A stretch of DNA of 32,000 bases from Candidatus Heimdallarchaeota archaeon B3_Heim. Its GTDB lineage: Archaea > Asgardarchaeota > Heimdallarchaeia > Hodarchaeales > Hodarchaeaceae. The translations under genes were made by a program, and so were the position numbers. Location of the stretch: assembly GCA_003144275.1 (NCBI GenBank), contig NJBF01000006.1:30001-62000 (forward strand), given 5' to 3'. Below, in pieces: positions 1 to 9,532 of this stretch. Below the pieces are notes generated by a model. It searched no databases, had not been told where the DNA came from, and saw only the letters and a list, made by a program, of their open reading frames with translations. Position 1 is the stretch's first letter; the number at the start of each line of letters is the position of its first letter.

Positions 1-602
1 GCTACAACAATAAAACCTGCTTCAAGTAATGTATTCACTTGATCTTTTTCATAAATTTCAGTAGGATCAGGTGAGGGAACAACTCGTCGATATCCACGAC
101 CTGCATCTTCGATAATTGTGAACTCTGGGTGTTCTGTTCGGATTGACTCAGCTTGCTCCTTGGAGTAAAAAGGTCCAACTGGCTTTGTTGGATTTTGAAA
201 GGCTGGATCATCCTTGGATACAACAACTTGTGTGACAAATGTTGTCACCTTAATTTTTTCTTGCGGATTCAACCTGCTTGGAGGGCCTTCCTTTAGCAAT
301 AGATTACCTAGGATATTCTGTATTAAATACCCAATTTGTCCTTGTGTCATTGCTCCGCAGATATCCATTGGAAGTACAGGTCGGTTGAATGGAGGATGAC
401 TACCTGCTTCCATCTGAAGCATGATATTTCCCACCTGTGGGCCATTCCCATGAGTAATTACGACTCGATTTTTTGGAACTACTTTCATTATCTGTTTCGC
501 AGTTTCGGTAATATTCTCAATTTGTTCTTCTATTGTTCCTCTTTGTTTCCCCTTGATCATGGCATTCCCGCCAAGTGCGATTACTAGTAATGGTTTGAGC
601 AT
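1..602 (-). CDS. arcC: Carbamate kinase (3' part runs off the window start)
   Basis: Not in the ORF track. Manual minus-strand translation from ATG at 602 gives MLKPLLVIALGGNAMI...VITHGNGPQVG...TQGQIGY...TQVVVSKDDPAFQNPTKPVGPFY...EDAGRGYRRVVPSPDP, the diagnostic carbamate kinase motifs. AGGT ribosome-binding site 6 nt upstream. Confidence 0.96.
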   Translation of the reverse strand, partial: MLKPLLVIALGGNAMIKGKQRGTIEEQIENITETAKQIMKVVPKNRVVITHGNGPQVGNIMLQMEAGSHPPFNRPVLPMDICGAMTQGQIGYLIQNILGNLLLKEGPPSRLNPQEKIKVTTFVTQVVVSKDDPAFQNPTKPVGPFYSKEQAESIRTEHPEFTIIEDAGRGYRRVVPSPDPTEIYEKDQVNTLLEAGFIVV

Positions 603-763
603 AGAATTACCTGCTTTTCTTGAAATAATAGTCGATTTGAGATAAATATGATTCATACAAAAATTTGTTTCACTAAGAATTGGTTTCTTTCTTGGGAAAA
701 TATTACCACATTAATAATTTATTAAGAGTAAAACTTATTCTGTTTCTAAACGCGGTATTTCAA

Positions 764-1984
764 ATGTCTATTGATCTTTTCTCCAAAATTCAAAGTAGAT
801 ATCCCTCTTCTTTAGACAGAAATATTAGTTTAATACTGTTAATCAATATGGTATTTACAATTCCATGGGGGTTAATTCAACCTTTTATCAGTCCGTACTT
901 CTTTGAGCTTACTCAAGGTGATTATTATTTAACGGGATTACTCAACGGGATTCCATTAATGACGATGGTGGTGTCAGTTTTTGTATTTGGATGGATAGTA
1001 GATAAAATCGGTTCAAAAATAGTAATGATGGCAGGATTCATTATTTTCATTATCCTTTTCATAACCTTATTACTGATAAGTGATCCCCTCTTATTTTTTA
1101 TTGATTACATTATACTTTATAGTCTTTTGTCGTGTTTCAACCCTGCTGTACTGAAATATACAAGCTTATTACAGAGTAAAATTAATATATTCGGTGCACT
1201 AGCTGCTTCAACATCTTTTGGATATTTTCTTGGTTCTTATGTCGGGGGAAATTTATTTGATATATTTGGTATGGATCTCCTATATTTCCTTGGTCTACTT
1301 GTCTGTATATTCGGATTTATACTTGTTCTTTTCGTTACAGATTTACAAAATGAAGAAGCAATTACACTCCCATATTCTTCGAATCCTAATAATTCTAATT
1401 CCCAAAATATTTTATCTATTTTGTTTAACTCAAGAATTTTAGTGGTTCTATTAATAATAGGAGTGATCCAATCCCTACAAGGTTCTTTTGCAGGTATGTT
1501 TTTTTCAGTGTATTTTATTTCGGAACTTGGAGCCCCAGCATCATTATTGGGTTTGGTATTTGGTATTGCTACATTAGCTGGCACATTTGCCTCTCATTAT
1601 GCAGGTAAATTCGGTGAAAAACGTGGATATAAACCGATTCTGTTCATCTGTTATGTTGGATACTTACTAATCTGGACAACTATGTATTTTTCAGTAAATG
1701 ATTATGTATTACCAGCGCTTGCCTATACATTACCTATATACATTGGATTAATGGTTACAGGCCCAGTTATAATAACCAAGTATGTTCCAGAAAAAAGAAG
1801 AGGAACTTTCATGGGACTATTTAGTGGAAGTCAAAATTTAGGATTTGGTATTGGAACAATCCTTGGAGGAGTATATGCAGGTATACAACAAACCATCCGT
1901 TTCAATTTCGGAGTTTCCGCAATTTTGTCAGTGATATTAATTCTATTTCTATTAATTGCATTTAAAGAAGAAAAAAGAGGCTAG
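764..1984 (+). CDS. Major facilitator superfamily transporter
   Basis: About 12 hydrophobic segments. MFS motif A GWIVDKIGSK and second-half repeat GKFGEKRG. ATG at 764 (MSIDLF) preferred over the TTG at 680. Substrate unknown. Confidence 0.9.
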   Translation: MSIDLFSKIQSRYPSSLDRNISLILLINMVFTIPWGLIQPFISPYFFELTQGDYYLTGLLNGIPLMTMVVSVFVFGWIVDKIGSKIVMMAGFIIFIILFITLLLISDPLLFFIDYIILYSLLSCFNPAVLKYTSLLQSKINIFGALAASTSFGYFLGSYVGGNLFDIFGMDLLYFLGLLVCIFGFILVLFVTDLQNEEAITLPYSSNPNNSNSQNILSILFNSRILVVLLIIGVIQSLQGSFAGMFFSVYFISELGAPASLLGLVFGIATLAGTFASHYAGKFGEKRGYKPILFICYVGYLLIWTTMYFSVNDYVLPALAYTLPIYIGLMVTGPVIITKYVPEKRRGTFMGLFSGSQNLGFGIGTILGGVYAGIQQTIRFNFGVSAILSVILILFLLIAFKEEKRG

Positions 1985-2559
1985 GCTAGTTTTAGCAGAT
2001 TTTCCAAACATAGCAAATTAGTTAATGAAAGATCAAATCGTTCCTCAAGATTGGTTTGATCTTGAGGGTTATTTATTCGATTTACGAATACAAATAGCCC
2101 AGCTAAAATTCCTTCGTGATCCAAAATCGTCTTCAAGATAGGTACTTTACTGATTCCGGAAGTGATGACATCATCTACTAATAAAATTCGCTTATTCCTA
2201 ATATTTCCTTCAATGAGCTTCTTAGTTCCATGGTCTTTTTGTTGTATCCGAGCTAAATAAAATTCTTTTTCTAGTTCTAGAGCTAAGGCAGCACCCAATG
2301 GGATCCCTGCTAGTGGAGGAGCAATTATTCCATCAAATTCTTCATCTAACCTTGATCTTTTTATATACTTGGAAGTCAGCTTAATTATAGCCTTAAATTC
2401 GTTTGGGAAATTGGGTAGTATTCGTAAATCTATGTAAACAGGAGAGATTGACCCATCTTTCAAAGTAAAACTACCAAACTGCACAACATTGACTTTTTGA
2501 AGAATTTTCACTAGTTCTTGAATCTCTGAATTTGTTAAATTAATCAATTGTCTCACCAA
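1981..2559 (-). CDS. pyrE: Orotate phosphoribosyltransferase
   Basis: FTLKDGSISPVYIDLR, PRPP-binding LLVDDVITSG, flexible loop QKDHG. Start is TTG 2559 or the in-frame TTG at 2547. Confidence 0.95.
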   Translation of the reverse strand: MVRQLINLTNSEIQELVKILQKVNVVQFGSFTLKDGSISPVYIDLRILPNFPNEFKAIIKLTSKYIKRSRLDEEFDGIIAPPLAGIPLGAALALELEKEFYLARIQQKDHGTKKLIEGNIRNKRILLVDDVITSGISKVPILKTILDHEGILAGLFVFVNRINNPQDQTNLEERFDLSLTNLLCLENLLKLA

Positions 2560-2655
2560 TATTTACTAAGGTTTCATTCCAATTCTTCTTAATTTCTTAG
2601 TTTATTAATAGAAGAATTTTAAATTCCATCCTTATGTGATTTTTTACTGATTATA

Positions 2656-3426
2656 ATGCAATTTCTGGACTTATTAAATAAATCTAAGCAAGAATCAAAA
2701 AGCCAAATATGTGTTGGCTTAGATCTAGCTGCTTTTGGAACCAGAGAGCAATATACTCTTAAGAAAGAACAGGACAAAGTAGTTGTATTATTGAACTTAA
2801 TAGAAAACCTATATTCACGATGTTGCGCATTTAAAATTAATCGACAGTACATTCTTGATCTTACCTCACCTGAAATACAACAAATTACACAAGCATCCCA
2901 TAAACATAGTAGGCCAATAATTATTGATCACAAACTTTCTGATATTGGTTCTACCAACCGACAGGCCATACAACATTTTGCAAAAGAGGGTTTTGATGCA
3001 TTTACAGCTAGTCCATTTCCTGGAAACGTACAAAATCTTTGTGAAACAGCTCATAATTCAGATCTAGCCGTAATTTTGTTAATATTAATGTCAAATCCAG
3101 AAGCAATCTGGATGAAAAAAGCCTATATCGAGAAGGTTCCTGTATTTCAGTTTAATGCTATTTTAGCAAATGAATTCGCGGATGGAGTCGTTATTGGCGC
3201 CACTGGTCATGTTACCAATGAGAACTTGCATACAATTAAATCTGAAATTTCAGGAAAAGTTGTTTTAGCACCTGGAGTTGGCGCTCAGGGAGGAGATGTG
3301 AAATCATTAGTAAATATTTTTCACAAAGACGTGATCTTTAATGTTGGAAGAAGTATTATCTATCAAGATGATCCTCTTCAAGTGCTACAGTCGTATAATG
3401 AATTAGTTAGAAAACATACTGGGTAA
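2656..3426 (+). CDS. pyrF: Orotidine-5'-phosphate decarboxylase
   Basis: VGLD, catalytic DHKLSDIGST (DxKxxDI), PGVGAQGG, VGRSI. Confidence 0.95.
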   Translation: MQFLDLLNKSKQESKSQICVGLDLAAFGTREQYTLKKEQDKVVVLLNLIENLYSRCCAFKINRQYILDLTSPEIQQITQASHKHSRPIIIDHKLSDIGSTNRQAIQHFAKEGFDAFTASPFPGNVQNLCETAHNSDLAVILLILMSNPEAIWMKKAYIEKVPVFQFNAILANEFADGVVIGATGHVTNENLHTIKSEISGKVVLAPGVGAQGGDVKSLVNIFHKDVIFNVGRSIIYQDDPLQVLQSYNELVRKHTG

Positions 3427-3430
3427 TAAT

Positions 3431-4678
3431 TTGTTATTAACTAACGCTAAAATCTGGGTTACAGATAGGATTATTGAAGGAAATCTACTTCTCGATGATG
3501 AGAGCGGAGTTATACAAAGTATTTTCAAAAGCTCATCTTCTACAAATGAGCAGAATGAATTCAAGATTAATTTAAGGAAGAAATTAATTATACCAAGTTT
3601 AATTGATATTCATTGCCATTTACGAGATTTTAATGAATCGCACAAAGAAACTTATCAAACTGGTGCAAAAGCAGCCGCTGCAGGTGGATATACTCACGTT
3701 TTTGATATGCCAAACAAGCAACCCGCAGTTATTTCGAATAAACAAATACAGGGAATTAATAAAACTATTAAAAATCTTAACTCTGTCAAAATTACCCCCT
3801 TTTTACTATTATGTAGTGAAACAGAAGAACTTCTGAAATATAAATATCCTTTTTTGAAAGCCTATCTAGGATTAACTACTGGTAATTATCTTACAACAGA
3901 ATTAGATATACAGAATTTCATTCAGAATTCTTCTTCTTTCTTAAGTGTCCATTGTGAAGATAATGAACTTATTGAAAGAAATAAAATAAAGATGAAAGAT
4001 GAATTAAAGGATCATTGTGAAATAAGAGGGGCAGAAACGGAATTAACCTCTCTTTCAACGCTTCTTCGGATAAAAAATGAGCTTAAGTCTAATGCAACCC
4101 TTCATGTTGCTCATTTGACGCTTACAAGATCTATTGATATGCTTAAAAATAAAAATATCTCTTTCGAAGTAACACCCCATCATTTACTTCTTAATCGCGA
4201 TGATTACACCCGTCTCGGAGTGTGGGGTAAAATGAATCCTCCACTAAGAAATAAAAATGAGCAAGGTATGTTATTGAAAGCATTTTTGGAAGGCAGAATA
4301 CCTATAATCGCAACTGATCATGCCCCACATACAAAGGAGGAGAAAGTTAATTCTCTTAGAGCAGGAGTCCCTGGGCTTGAAACTACTCTTCCTCTTTTAC
4401 TAGACAAACTCAAACCTTTAGATATTCAAAAAATCCAGTTAATAATAGATGTATTAGCAACAAATCCAAGAAAAATTATGAAATCCTCATCCAGAGGTAT
4501 TATTGCCGAAGGTGAGGTGGCTGATCTGACAATAATAGATTTAAATATGATTAAAGAAGTAAAAGGAGAAAATCTCTACACAAAATGTAATTGGAGTCCT
4601 TGGGAAGGAAAAAAAATGAAAGGATGGCCTGTAATGACCATTAGAGAAGGCCGAATCATCCATAACGATCTATTCTGA
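3431..4678 (+). CDS. pyrC: Dihydroorotase
   Basis: Amidohydrolase motifs IDIHCHLRD, AAAGGYT, DMPN, VHCED, HVAH, KMNPPLR, TDHAPH. Directly follows pyrF. Confidence 0.93.
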   Translation: MLLTNAKIWVTDRIIEGNLLLDDESGVIQSIFKSSSSTNEQNEFKINLRKKLIIPSLIDIHCHLRDFNESHKETYQTGAKAAAAGGYTHVFDMPNKQPAVISNKQIQGINKTIKNLNSVKITPFLLLCSETEELLKYKYPFLKAYLGLTTGNYLTTELDIQNFIQNSSSFLSVHCEDNELIERNKIKMKDELKDHCEIRGAETELTSLSTLLRIKNELKSNATLHVAHLTLTRSIDMLKNKNISFEVTPHHLLLNRDDYTRLGVWGKMNPPLRNKNEQGMLLKAFLEGRIPIIATDHAPHTKEEKVNSLRAGVPGLETTLPLLLDKLKPLDIQKIQLIIDVLATNPRKIMKSSSRGIIAEGEVADLTIIDLNMIKEVKGENLYTKCNWSPWEGKKMKGWPVMTIREGRIIHNDLF

Positions 4679-4710
4679 CTTCATTTTAGAATAAGATACA
4701 CTCGAGTCTC

Positions 4711-5559
4711 TTAAAGAGGATATTTCGACCCATTTGCATTCCTACCAAATGAACCAAAGTCTGTTATCTTTTGTAGAACATCGCCGCGAAACACTGGGCC
4801 ATCACGACAAATACTGAGACCAACGCCATCTAAATAACAGGAACCGCAAATACCAAAACCACAACGAATGTACCTGTCTGCTAAGCTAAATTGAGCATTT
4901 TTCTCAAGGTTAAATTGATTTACAATATCTAAAATGCCTTTAAGCATTTTTTCTGGTCCACAGGAATAGATCTCATGGGATAAATTTTTTTGTTGAGCTT
5001 TTTGAAGAATTTCCTCTAATATAATAGTCGGAAAACCATGGAAACCAAATGATCCGTCATCTGTACAATAACGAATGTCAATATCAGTGTTATTCAATTC
5101 CTCCTTAAAGAACAGTTCATCGTGAGTTCTTGCACCATGAATGAGAAGTATTTTTTTTTGAGTCCTTGATATCAAAGTGGAAATTATGAATCTCAAGGGT
5201 GCAATTCCCATTCCACCTGCAATAATAATAGCTACTTCTTTATCGCTTATATCAAAACCATTACCATAAGGACCACGTAGACCAACTAAGTCACCTTTAT
5301 TCATTCTGAGAAAATTAGCTGATGTTTGCCCTTTTGAGCATATTGTAAACTGAATTTTTTCATTATTTTCAATTTGGCTTATCGAGATGGGTATTTCATC
5401 GTCTCCTGGAAGCCATAACATGAAGTATTGGCCTGGAATGGGATCAAGCTCAAGATTTGCAGGCAAATGAAAAGAAAAAGTCGCTGTCTTTTCACCCTCA
5501 AATACTAGGTCTGTAATCGTTAAACAAAGTGGAATTTCAATTCGATTCTGCTTATTCAT
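4711..5559 (-). CDS. pyrK: Dihydroorotate dehydrogenase electron-transfer subunit
   Basis: PGQYFMLW, LRGPYGNGF, IAGGMGIAP, SCGP, [2Fe-2S] motif CGFGICGSC...CRDGPVF. Start overlaps the pyrD stop. Confidence 0.93.
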   Translation of the reverse strand: MNKQNRIEIPLCLTITDLVFEGEKTATFSFHLPANLELDPIPGQYFMLWLPGDDEIPISISQIENNEKIQFTICSKGQTSANFLRMNKGDLVGLRGPYGNGFDISDKEVAIIIAGGMGIAPLRFIISTLISRTQKKILLIHGARTHDELFFKEELNNTDIDIRYCTDDGSFGFHGFPTIILEEILQKAQQKNLSHEIYSCGPEKMLKGILDIVNQFNLEKNAQFSLADRYIRCGFGICGSCYLDGVGLSICRDGPVFRGDVLQKITDFGSFGRNANGSKYPL

Positions 5560-6484
5560 GGGCTAGTCCCCTTAGTTGACTGAATGATTTCCCCTCTCTC
5601 GAAAGATACTCATTTAATCCATTTAGAATGTTATGAACGAGTGTTTGAGGAGCATCATAATCGATTAAAGCTGAACCAATTTGGATAGCCGTTGCTCCAG
5701 CAAGAATATATTCAATTGCATCTTGCCAAGAACTTATTCCTCCCACCCCAACAAGAGGTATCTCTGAACCGAATCTTTCGTATAGATCATAAATCACCCT
5801 TACTCCTATTGGTTTTATTGCCTGACCAGATAAACCACCAGAAATGTTTCCTAATACTGGTTTTTTAATGTGAATATCAATCATCATAGCTTTTATTGTA
5901 TTAATTGCAACAATAGCATCTGCACCTGCAGAAATCGCAGATTCAGCAACTGATTTAATATTCGTGATGTTTGGAGTCAATTTCACCCAAATGGGTACTT
6001 TAGTTCTAACTTTACATGCTTCTACTATAGTGTATACAATATTTGGGTCTGTGCCCACGGCTATGCCAACTTTTTTAGCGTGAGGACAACTTAAGTTCAA
6101 CTCATAGGCGATTGGAGTGTTCCCAGTTAAGTTATTATCCATATGTTGAATTATTTGTTGAAATTCAGTTGATGAAGAACCAAAGATCGAGACTGAATAT
6201 TTTACCTCATGGTTAATTTCACGGAGTTCTTCACTAAATGCATCATATCCTGGGTTGGCTAATCCAACAGCATTCAAAATAGACTTTATTTCAGGAATAT
6301 AGATAACTGAAGGGTTTGGATGACCTTTTCGCGGGTTTAACCCAACGGATTTTGTAGTTACTGCTCCAAATCCTTCTTTATACGCCCGATTAAGTGTTGA
6401 ATATGTTGATCCCCAAATACCAGAAGATAAAATTATCGGATTCCTTATTCTTACTGTTCCAATGAGAGTTTGGAGCTCTGTCAT
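5552..6484 (-). CDS. pyrD: Dihydroorotate dehydrogenase family 1B catalytic subunit
   Basis: GAVTTKS, NAVGLANPG, ELNLSCPH, VKLTPN, INT, GGLSGQAIKP, VGGI. Coupled to pyrK. Confidence 0.95.
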   Translation of the reverse strand: MTELQTLIGTVRIRNPIILSSGIWGSTYSTLNRAYKEGFGAVTTKSVGLNPRKGHPNPSVIYIPEIKSILNAVGLANPGYDAFSEELREINHEVKYSVSIFGSSSTEFQQIIQHMDNNLTGNTPIAYELNLSCPHAKKVGIAVGTDPNIVYTIVEACKVRTKVPIWVKLTPNITNIKSVAESAISAGADAIVAINTIKAMMIDIHIKKPVLGNISGGLSGQAIKPIGVRVIYDLYERFGSEIPLVGVGGISSWQDAIEYILAGATAIQIGSALIDYDAPQTLVHNILNGLNEYLSREGKSFSQLRGLAHE

Positions 6485-6497
6485 ATCTTGATCTCAA

Positions 6498-7007
6498 TTA
6501 CTGTATTAATGAAATATTTTCAAGGATTTTGAAGATCTTATCACAGTATACGCACCGAAGGCTTAGGTTTTCACGGTTTCCAACTTCATTACTTCCAATA
6601 ACAGTAAATTCTGTTTCTACATCTTCTCGTAAGTTTGTAATGCAGCTAATTCCTGGACATTTGATAACACCGTAGGCTTTCTCAGGAGTTTGAATTTTTT
6701 CTTTGTGGACAATGTGATAATTCTCTATACAGATAAAATTGCTTCCCGATATTAATAACCCTAAGAGATCTAAATTTAGATCTTCCTTACCTATATTCCT
6801 GATTTTAAGAACATCTTTTCTCCCGAGTTTTTTAGAAGGAACGTTCATTGCTATAAATACCGAATGAGGGAAATGCACATCAATATTTAATGCTTGTAAA
6901 ACGTAAAATGCTCCTCCAGTAACAATATGATCGATAACAATTCCATTATCAATTTTTTTTACTGAAAGTTGTTTATCATTAGATTTTGTCTTAGCCAATA
7001 TTCTCAA
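6498..7007 (-). CDS. pyrI: Aspartate carbamoyltransferase regulatory subunit
   Basis: LSVKKIDNGIVIDHI, VPSKKLGRKDVLKI, zinc ligands KCPGISCITN and RCVYCD. TTG start at 7007 or 6998. Confidence 0.95.
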   Translation of the reverse strand: MRILAKTKSNDKQLSVKKIDNGIVIDHIVTGGAFYVLQALNIDVHFPHSVFIAMNVPSKKLGRKDVLKIRNIGKEDLNLDLLGLLISGSNFICIENYHIVHKEKIQTPEKAYGVIKCPGISCITNLREDVETEFTVIGSNEVGNRENLSLRCVYCDKIFKILENISLIQ

Positions 7008-7008
7008 C

Positions 7009-7947
7009 TCAGTGTATTAACCGATTTAAAACTGCCATTCGGGTGTAAACTCCATTTTTCGCTTGCTCAAAGTATTTTGCTTGTGGAAATCGATCAATAG
7101 CATAAGGAATTTCATCCACTCTTGGTAATGGATGCATAATAATTAAATCTTCTTTTGCGGCTTTCATTAAGTCAGGTCTAAGTTGGTAAGACTCTTTTAC
7201 TTTGTTATACAGCATTGGATCTGGGAATCGTTCTTTCTGTAATCGTGTAACATAGAGAACATCGAGACTACTAATTATTTCAGCAAGATTCGTTGCTTTA
7301 TGCATCTCTAAATCAGTTGATTCAAGATCGTAGACTAATTCGTCTTGTAAATGTAAAGACGGGTGAGATAGATAATAGATAGTGTTTCGACCAAATTTAC
7401 CTAGGGCAAATAATAATGAAGAAATTGTACGACTATACCGTAAGTCTCCAACAATACCTACATTAAGTCCTGATAACCTATGATGATATTCTTGAATTGT
7501 AAAAATGTCTAATAAAGCCTGAGTAGGATGTTCCTGACTTCCCGAACCTCCTGATATAACTGGAACTCCATATTTATCGGCAATTTTGGCTGCAAGCTTA
7601 CAACTACCTCTTAGTGGATGTCGCAGTACGATACAATCAGAATAACCTGCTAGCATAGTTATGGTATCAGACAGAGACTCACCTTTCTCGATTGAGGTTC
7701 CAGCTTGGCTTGAAAATCCTAATGTTTTACCTCCTAAACGAAGCATTGCACTTTCAAAAGATAATCTTGTTCGAGTACTTGCTTCCCAAAATGCTAAGGA
7801 CAATATTTTCCCTTTTAAAGCCTCTGCATATTTGGAAGGATTTTGTTTAATTTCAGATGCATCGTCTAAGATGCCTTGAATAAAATTTTCAGTCATGTAT
7901 CGAATACCAAAAATATGAGAGGTTTGGTGTTCAGTATCTTCATTCAT
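7009..7947 (-). CDS. pyrB: Aspartate carbamoyltransferase catalytic subunit
   Basis: EASTRTRLSFE, KGESLSDT, LRH, HPTQALLD, GDLRYSRT, TRLQKER, HPLPR. Confidence 0.97.
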   Translation of the reverse strand: MNEDTEHQTSHIFGIRYMTENFIQGILDDASEIKQNPSKYAEALKGKILSLAFWEASTRTRLSFESAMLRLGGKTLGFSSQAGTSIEKGESLSDTITMLAGYSDCIVLRHPLRGSCKLAAKIADKYGVPVISGGSGSQEHPTQALLDIFTIQEYHHRLSGLNVGIVGDLRYSRTISSLLFALGKFGRNTIYYLSHPSLHLQDELVYDLESTDLEMHKATNLAEIISSLDVLYVTRLQKERFPDPMLYNKVKESYQLRPDLMKAAKEDLIIMHPLPRVDEIPYAIDRFPQAKYFEQAKNGVYTRMAVLNRLIH

Positions 7948-8147
7948 TAGTATTTTTCTCCATGTTTATACGGATTGATGGTTCCAACATCCATATTCAA
8001 ATAACCATCAAATTTCAAAGGTGAAACATTATATCCAGTTGAATCTAGAATTTTTGCGAGGGAGGCAGCCAATAATCCTTTTCCCAACCCAGACATGACT
8101 CCCCCAGTGATTATGATATATTTAGGAGTTATTATCTTAGCCTCCAA
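7947..8147 (-). pseudogene. pyrG: CTP synthase N-terminal stub (66 codons), truncated after HGE
   Basis: [16 protein letters not shown]...[20 protein letters not shown] matches the PyrG N-terminus. It then ends KY-stop, with TAA overlapping the pyrB ATG (TAATG). About 85% of the enzyme is absent. Confidence 0.88.
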
Positions 8148-8390
8148 TAGTATTAGTGGATTTACTTAGGTTTTTGTATTCAAACAAGGTAGTTTTTCTA
8201 TTCTTATAAATGTAAGTCATTTATATCTATCATACTGATTGTAGGATTGTATACCCGAAATTCTCTATTACAAAATTCTTTTCTTTTTGACCTGTAGGTA
8301 ACATCAATCGAGGATTAAATTTCGGAGTAATGCGCTCTTTTTCATCCACTTTTAATTTAATGGATTAACCTGAGATGTTTTAGCCATTAT

Positions 8391-8432
8391 AAAAGGAAAA
8401 AAGGAGAGAGAAAGCAGATAGGAAAAAAAATA
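8391..8432 (-). terminator. Probable oligo-T terminator after the carbamoyltransferase gene
   Basis: A/G-rich plus-strand tract, read as T-rich runs on the minus strand 35-75 nt past the stop at 8468. Confidence 0.4.
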
Positions 8433-8467
8433 CACTTGAAAAATACCGAGATAGATAAGCCTCGGGA

Positions 8468-9532
8468 TTAATGCATAATACAGGCCATGACACCTTTTTG
8501 TGCATGTAGTCTGTTCTCTGCTTGATCAAAAATAATTGATCTAGGACCGTCGGCTACTTCATCATCTACTTCCATTCCTCGATCTTGCGGAAGGCAGTGC
8601 ATATAGTAACCTCGTCCATTCTTGGTCACATCCATAAGATCTACCGTAGTTTTCCAGTCTTTGTATTTATTCATGATTTCGGGCATGATATCGGGATTTG
8701 GTTCTCGAACACCTTCGAGTCCGTGAGCATCAAGGATTCCCCAACTTTTCGGATATACAAAATCAGCCCCTTCGAAAGCGGTCTTCATATCTCTTTCAAT
8801 TTCGAATGAACCGCCTTGGATATCAGAATACTCTTCCACTTTTTTGATGATATCAGGATGTAGATCAAAATCAGGTGGACAAGCCAAAGTTACATCCATA
8901 CCAAACATAGAAGGAGCGAGTACACCTGTTTGAGGAACAGCTAATGGCTTTTTTCCAGCTGAAAATGCCCAGCTCATTACAAACTTCTTTCCCTGTAATT
9001 TATTGAAGCTATGGCCACTTTTTTCATACATCGTCATTACATCAGCCATCCCTTGGCACGGATGGTAGACATCTGATTCCATGTTTATTATGGGTTTTTT
9101 GCTCCAATAAGCAAAGTTTTCTAGGATTTGCTGACCCTTGCCGTACATCCACTTACATTTACTTCCATAAATCCGAATGGCAATGGCATCACCCATCCGT
9201 GAAAGTACACGGGCGACATCAGAGACCCGCTCGGTTTCGTACGCGATTTCATCTCCCTCTAAAGCCGGGGTATATATCGCACCTGGTTGTAAAAAATGTG
9301 CATGACCTCCTAATTGAGTCATTCCAGCCTCAAACGAATTTCTTGTCCGTAAACTATCATTATAAAATACCATAAACAAAGTTTGAGCAGGAAGAATGTT
9401 TCTGTGATCTTCACGCATTGTGAACTTTTTTTTCAAATCGGTTCCTACACTAAGCATTGTTTCTAATTCTTCTCTTGTGAAATCAGTCATAGTGAGAAAA
9501 TCTCGTCCTGTTAAATCTTCAGTAACTACCAT
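8468..9532 (-). CDS. YgeW/ArgF'-like (knotted-type) carbamoyltransferase, substrate unknown
   Basis: Carbamoyl-phosphate motif SLRTRNSFE, HPCQGMAD and YMHCLP. Has SWAFSAGKKPLAVPQ and VYPKSWG instead of the ornithine SMG motif. Start re-set to ATG 9532, because the track's TTG at 9547 lies in the GAGGT ribosome-binding site. Confidence 0.85.
   Translation of the reverse strand: MVVTEDLTGRDFLTMTDFTREELETMLSVGTDLKKKFTMREDHRNILPAQTLFMVFYNDSLRTRNSFEAGMTQLGGHAHFLQPGAIYTPALEGDEIAYETERVSDVARVLSRMGDAIAIRIYGSKCKWMYGKGQQILENFAYWSKKPIINMESDVYHPCQGMADVMTMYEKSGHSFNKLQGKKFVMSWAFSAGKKPLAVPQTGVLAPSMFGMDVTLACPPDFDLHPDIIKKVEEYSDIQGGSFEIERDMKTAFEGADFVYPKSWGILDAHGLEGVREPNPDIMPEIMNKYKDWKTTVDLMDVTKNGRGYYMHCLPQDRGMEVDDEVADGPRSIIFDQAENRLHAQKGVMACIMH

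Noticed and set aside
35-587. Track ORFs 35..238(-), 214..399(+) and 336..587(+)
   Set aside because: They are shadows of the real carbamate kinase frame (602 to the window start).
8468-9532. Calling this gene argF (ornithine carbamoyltransferase)
   Set aside because: It lacks the SMG ornithine motif, and no arginine genes lie nearby.
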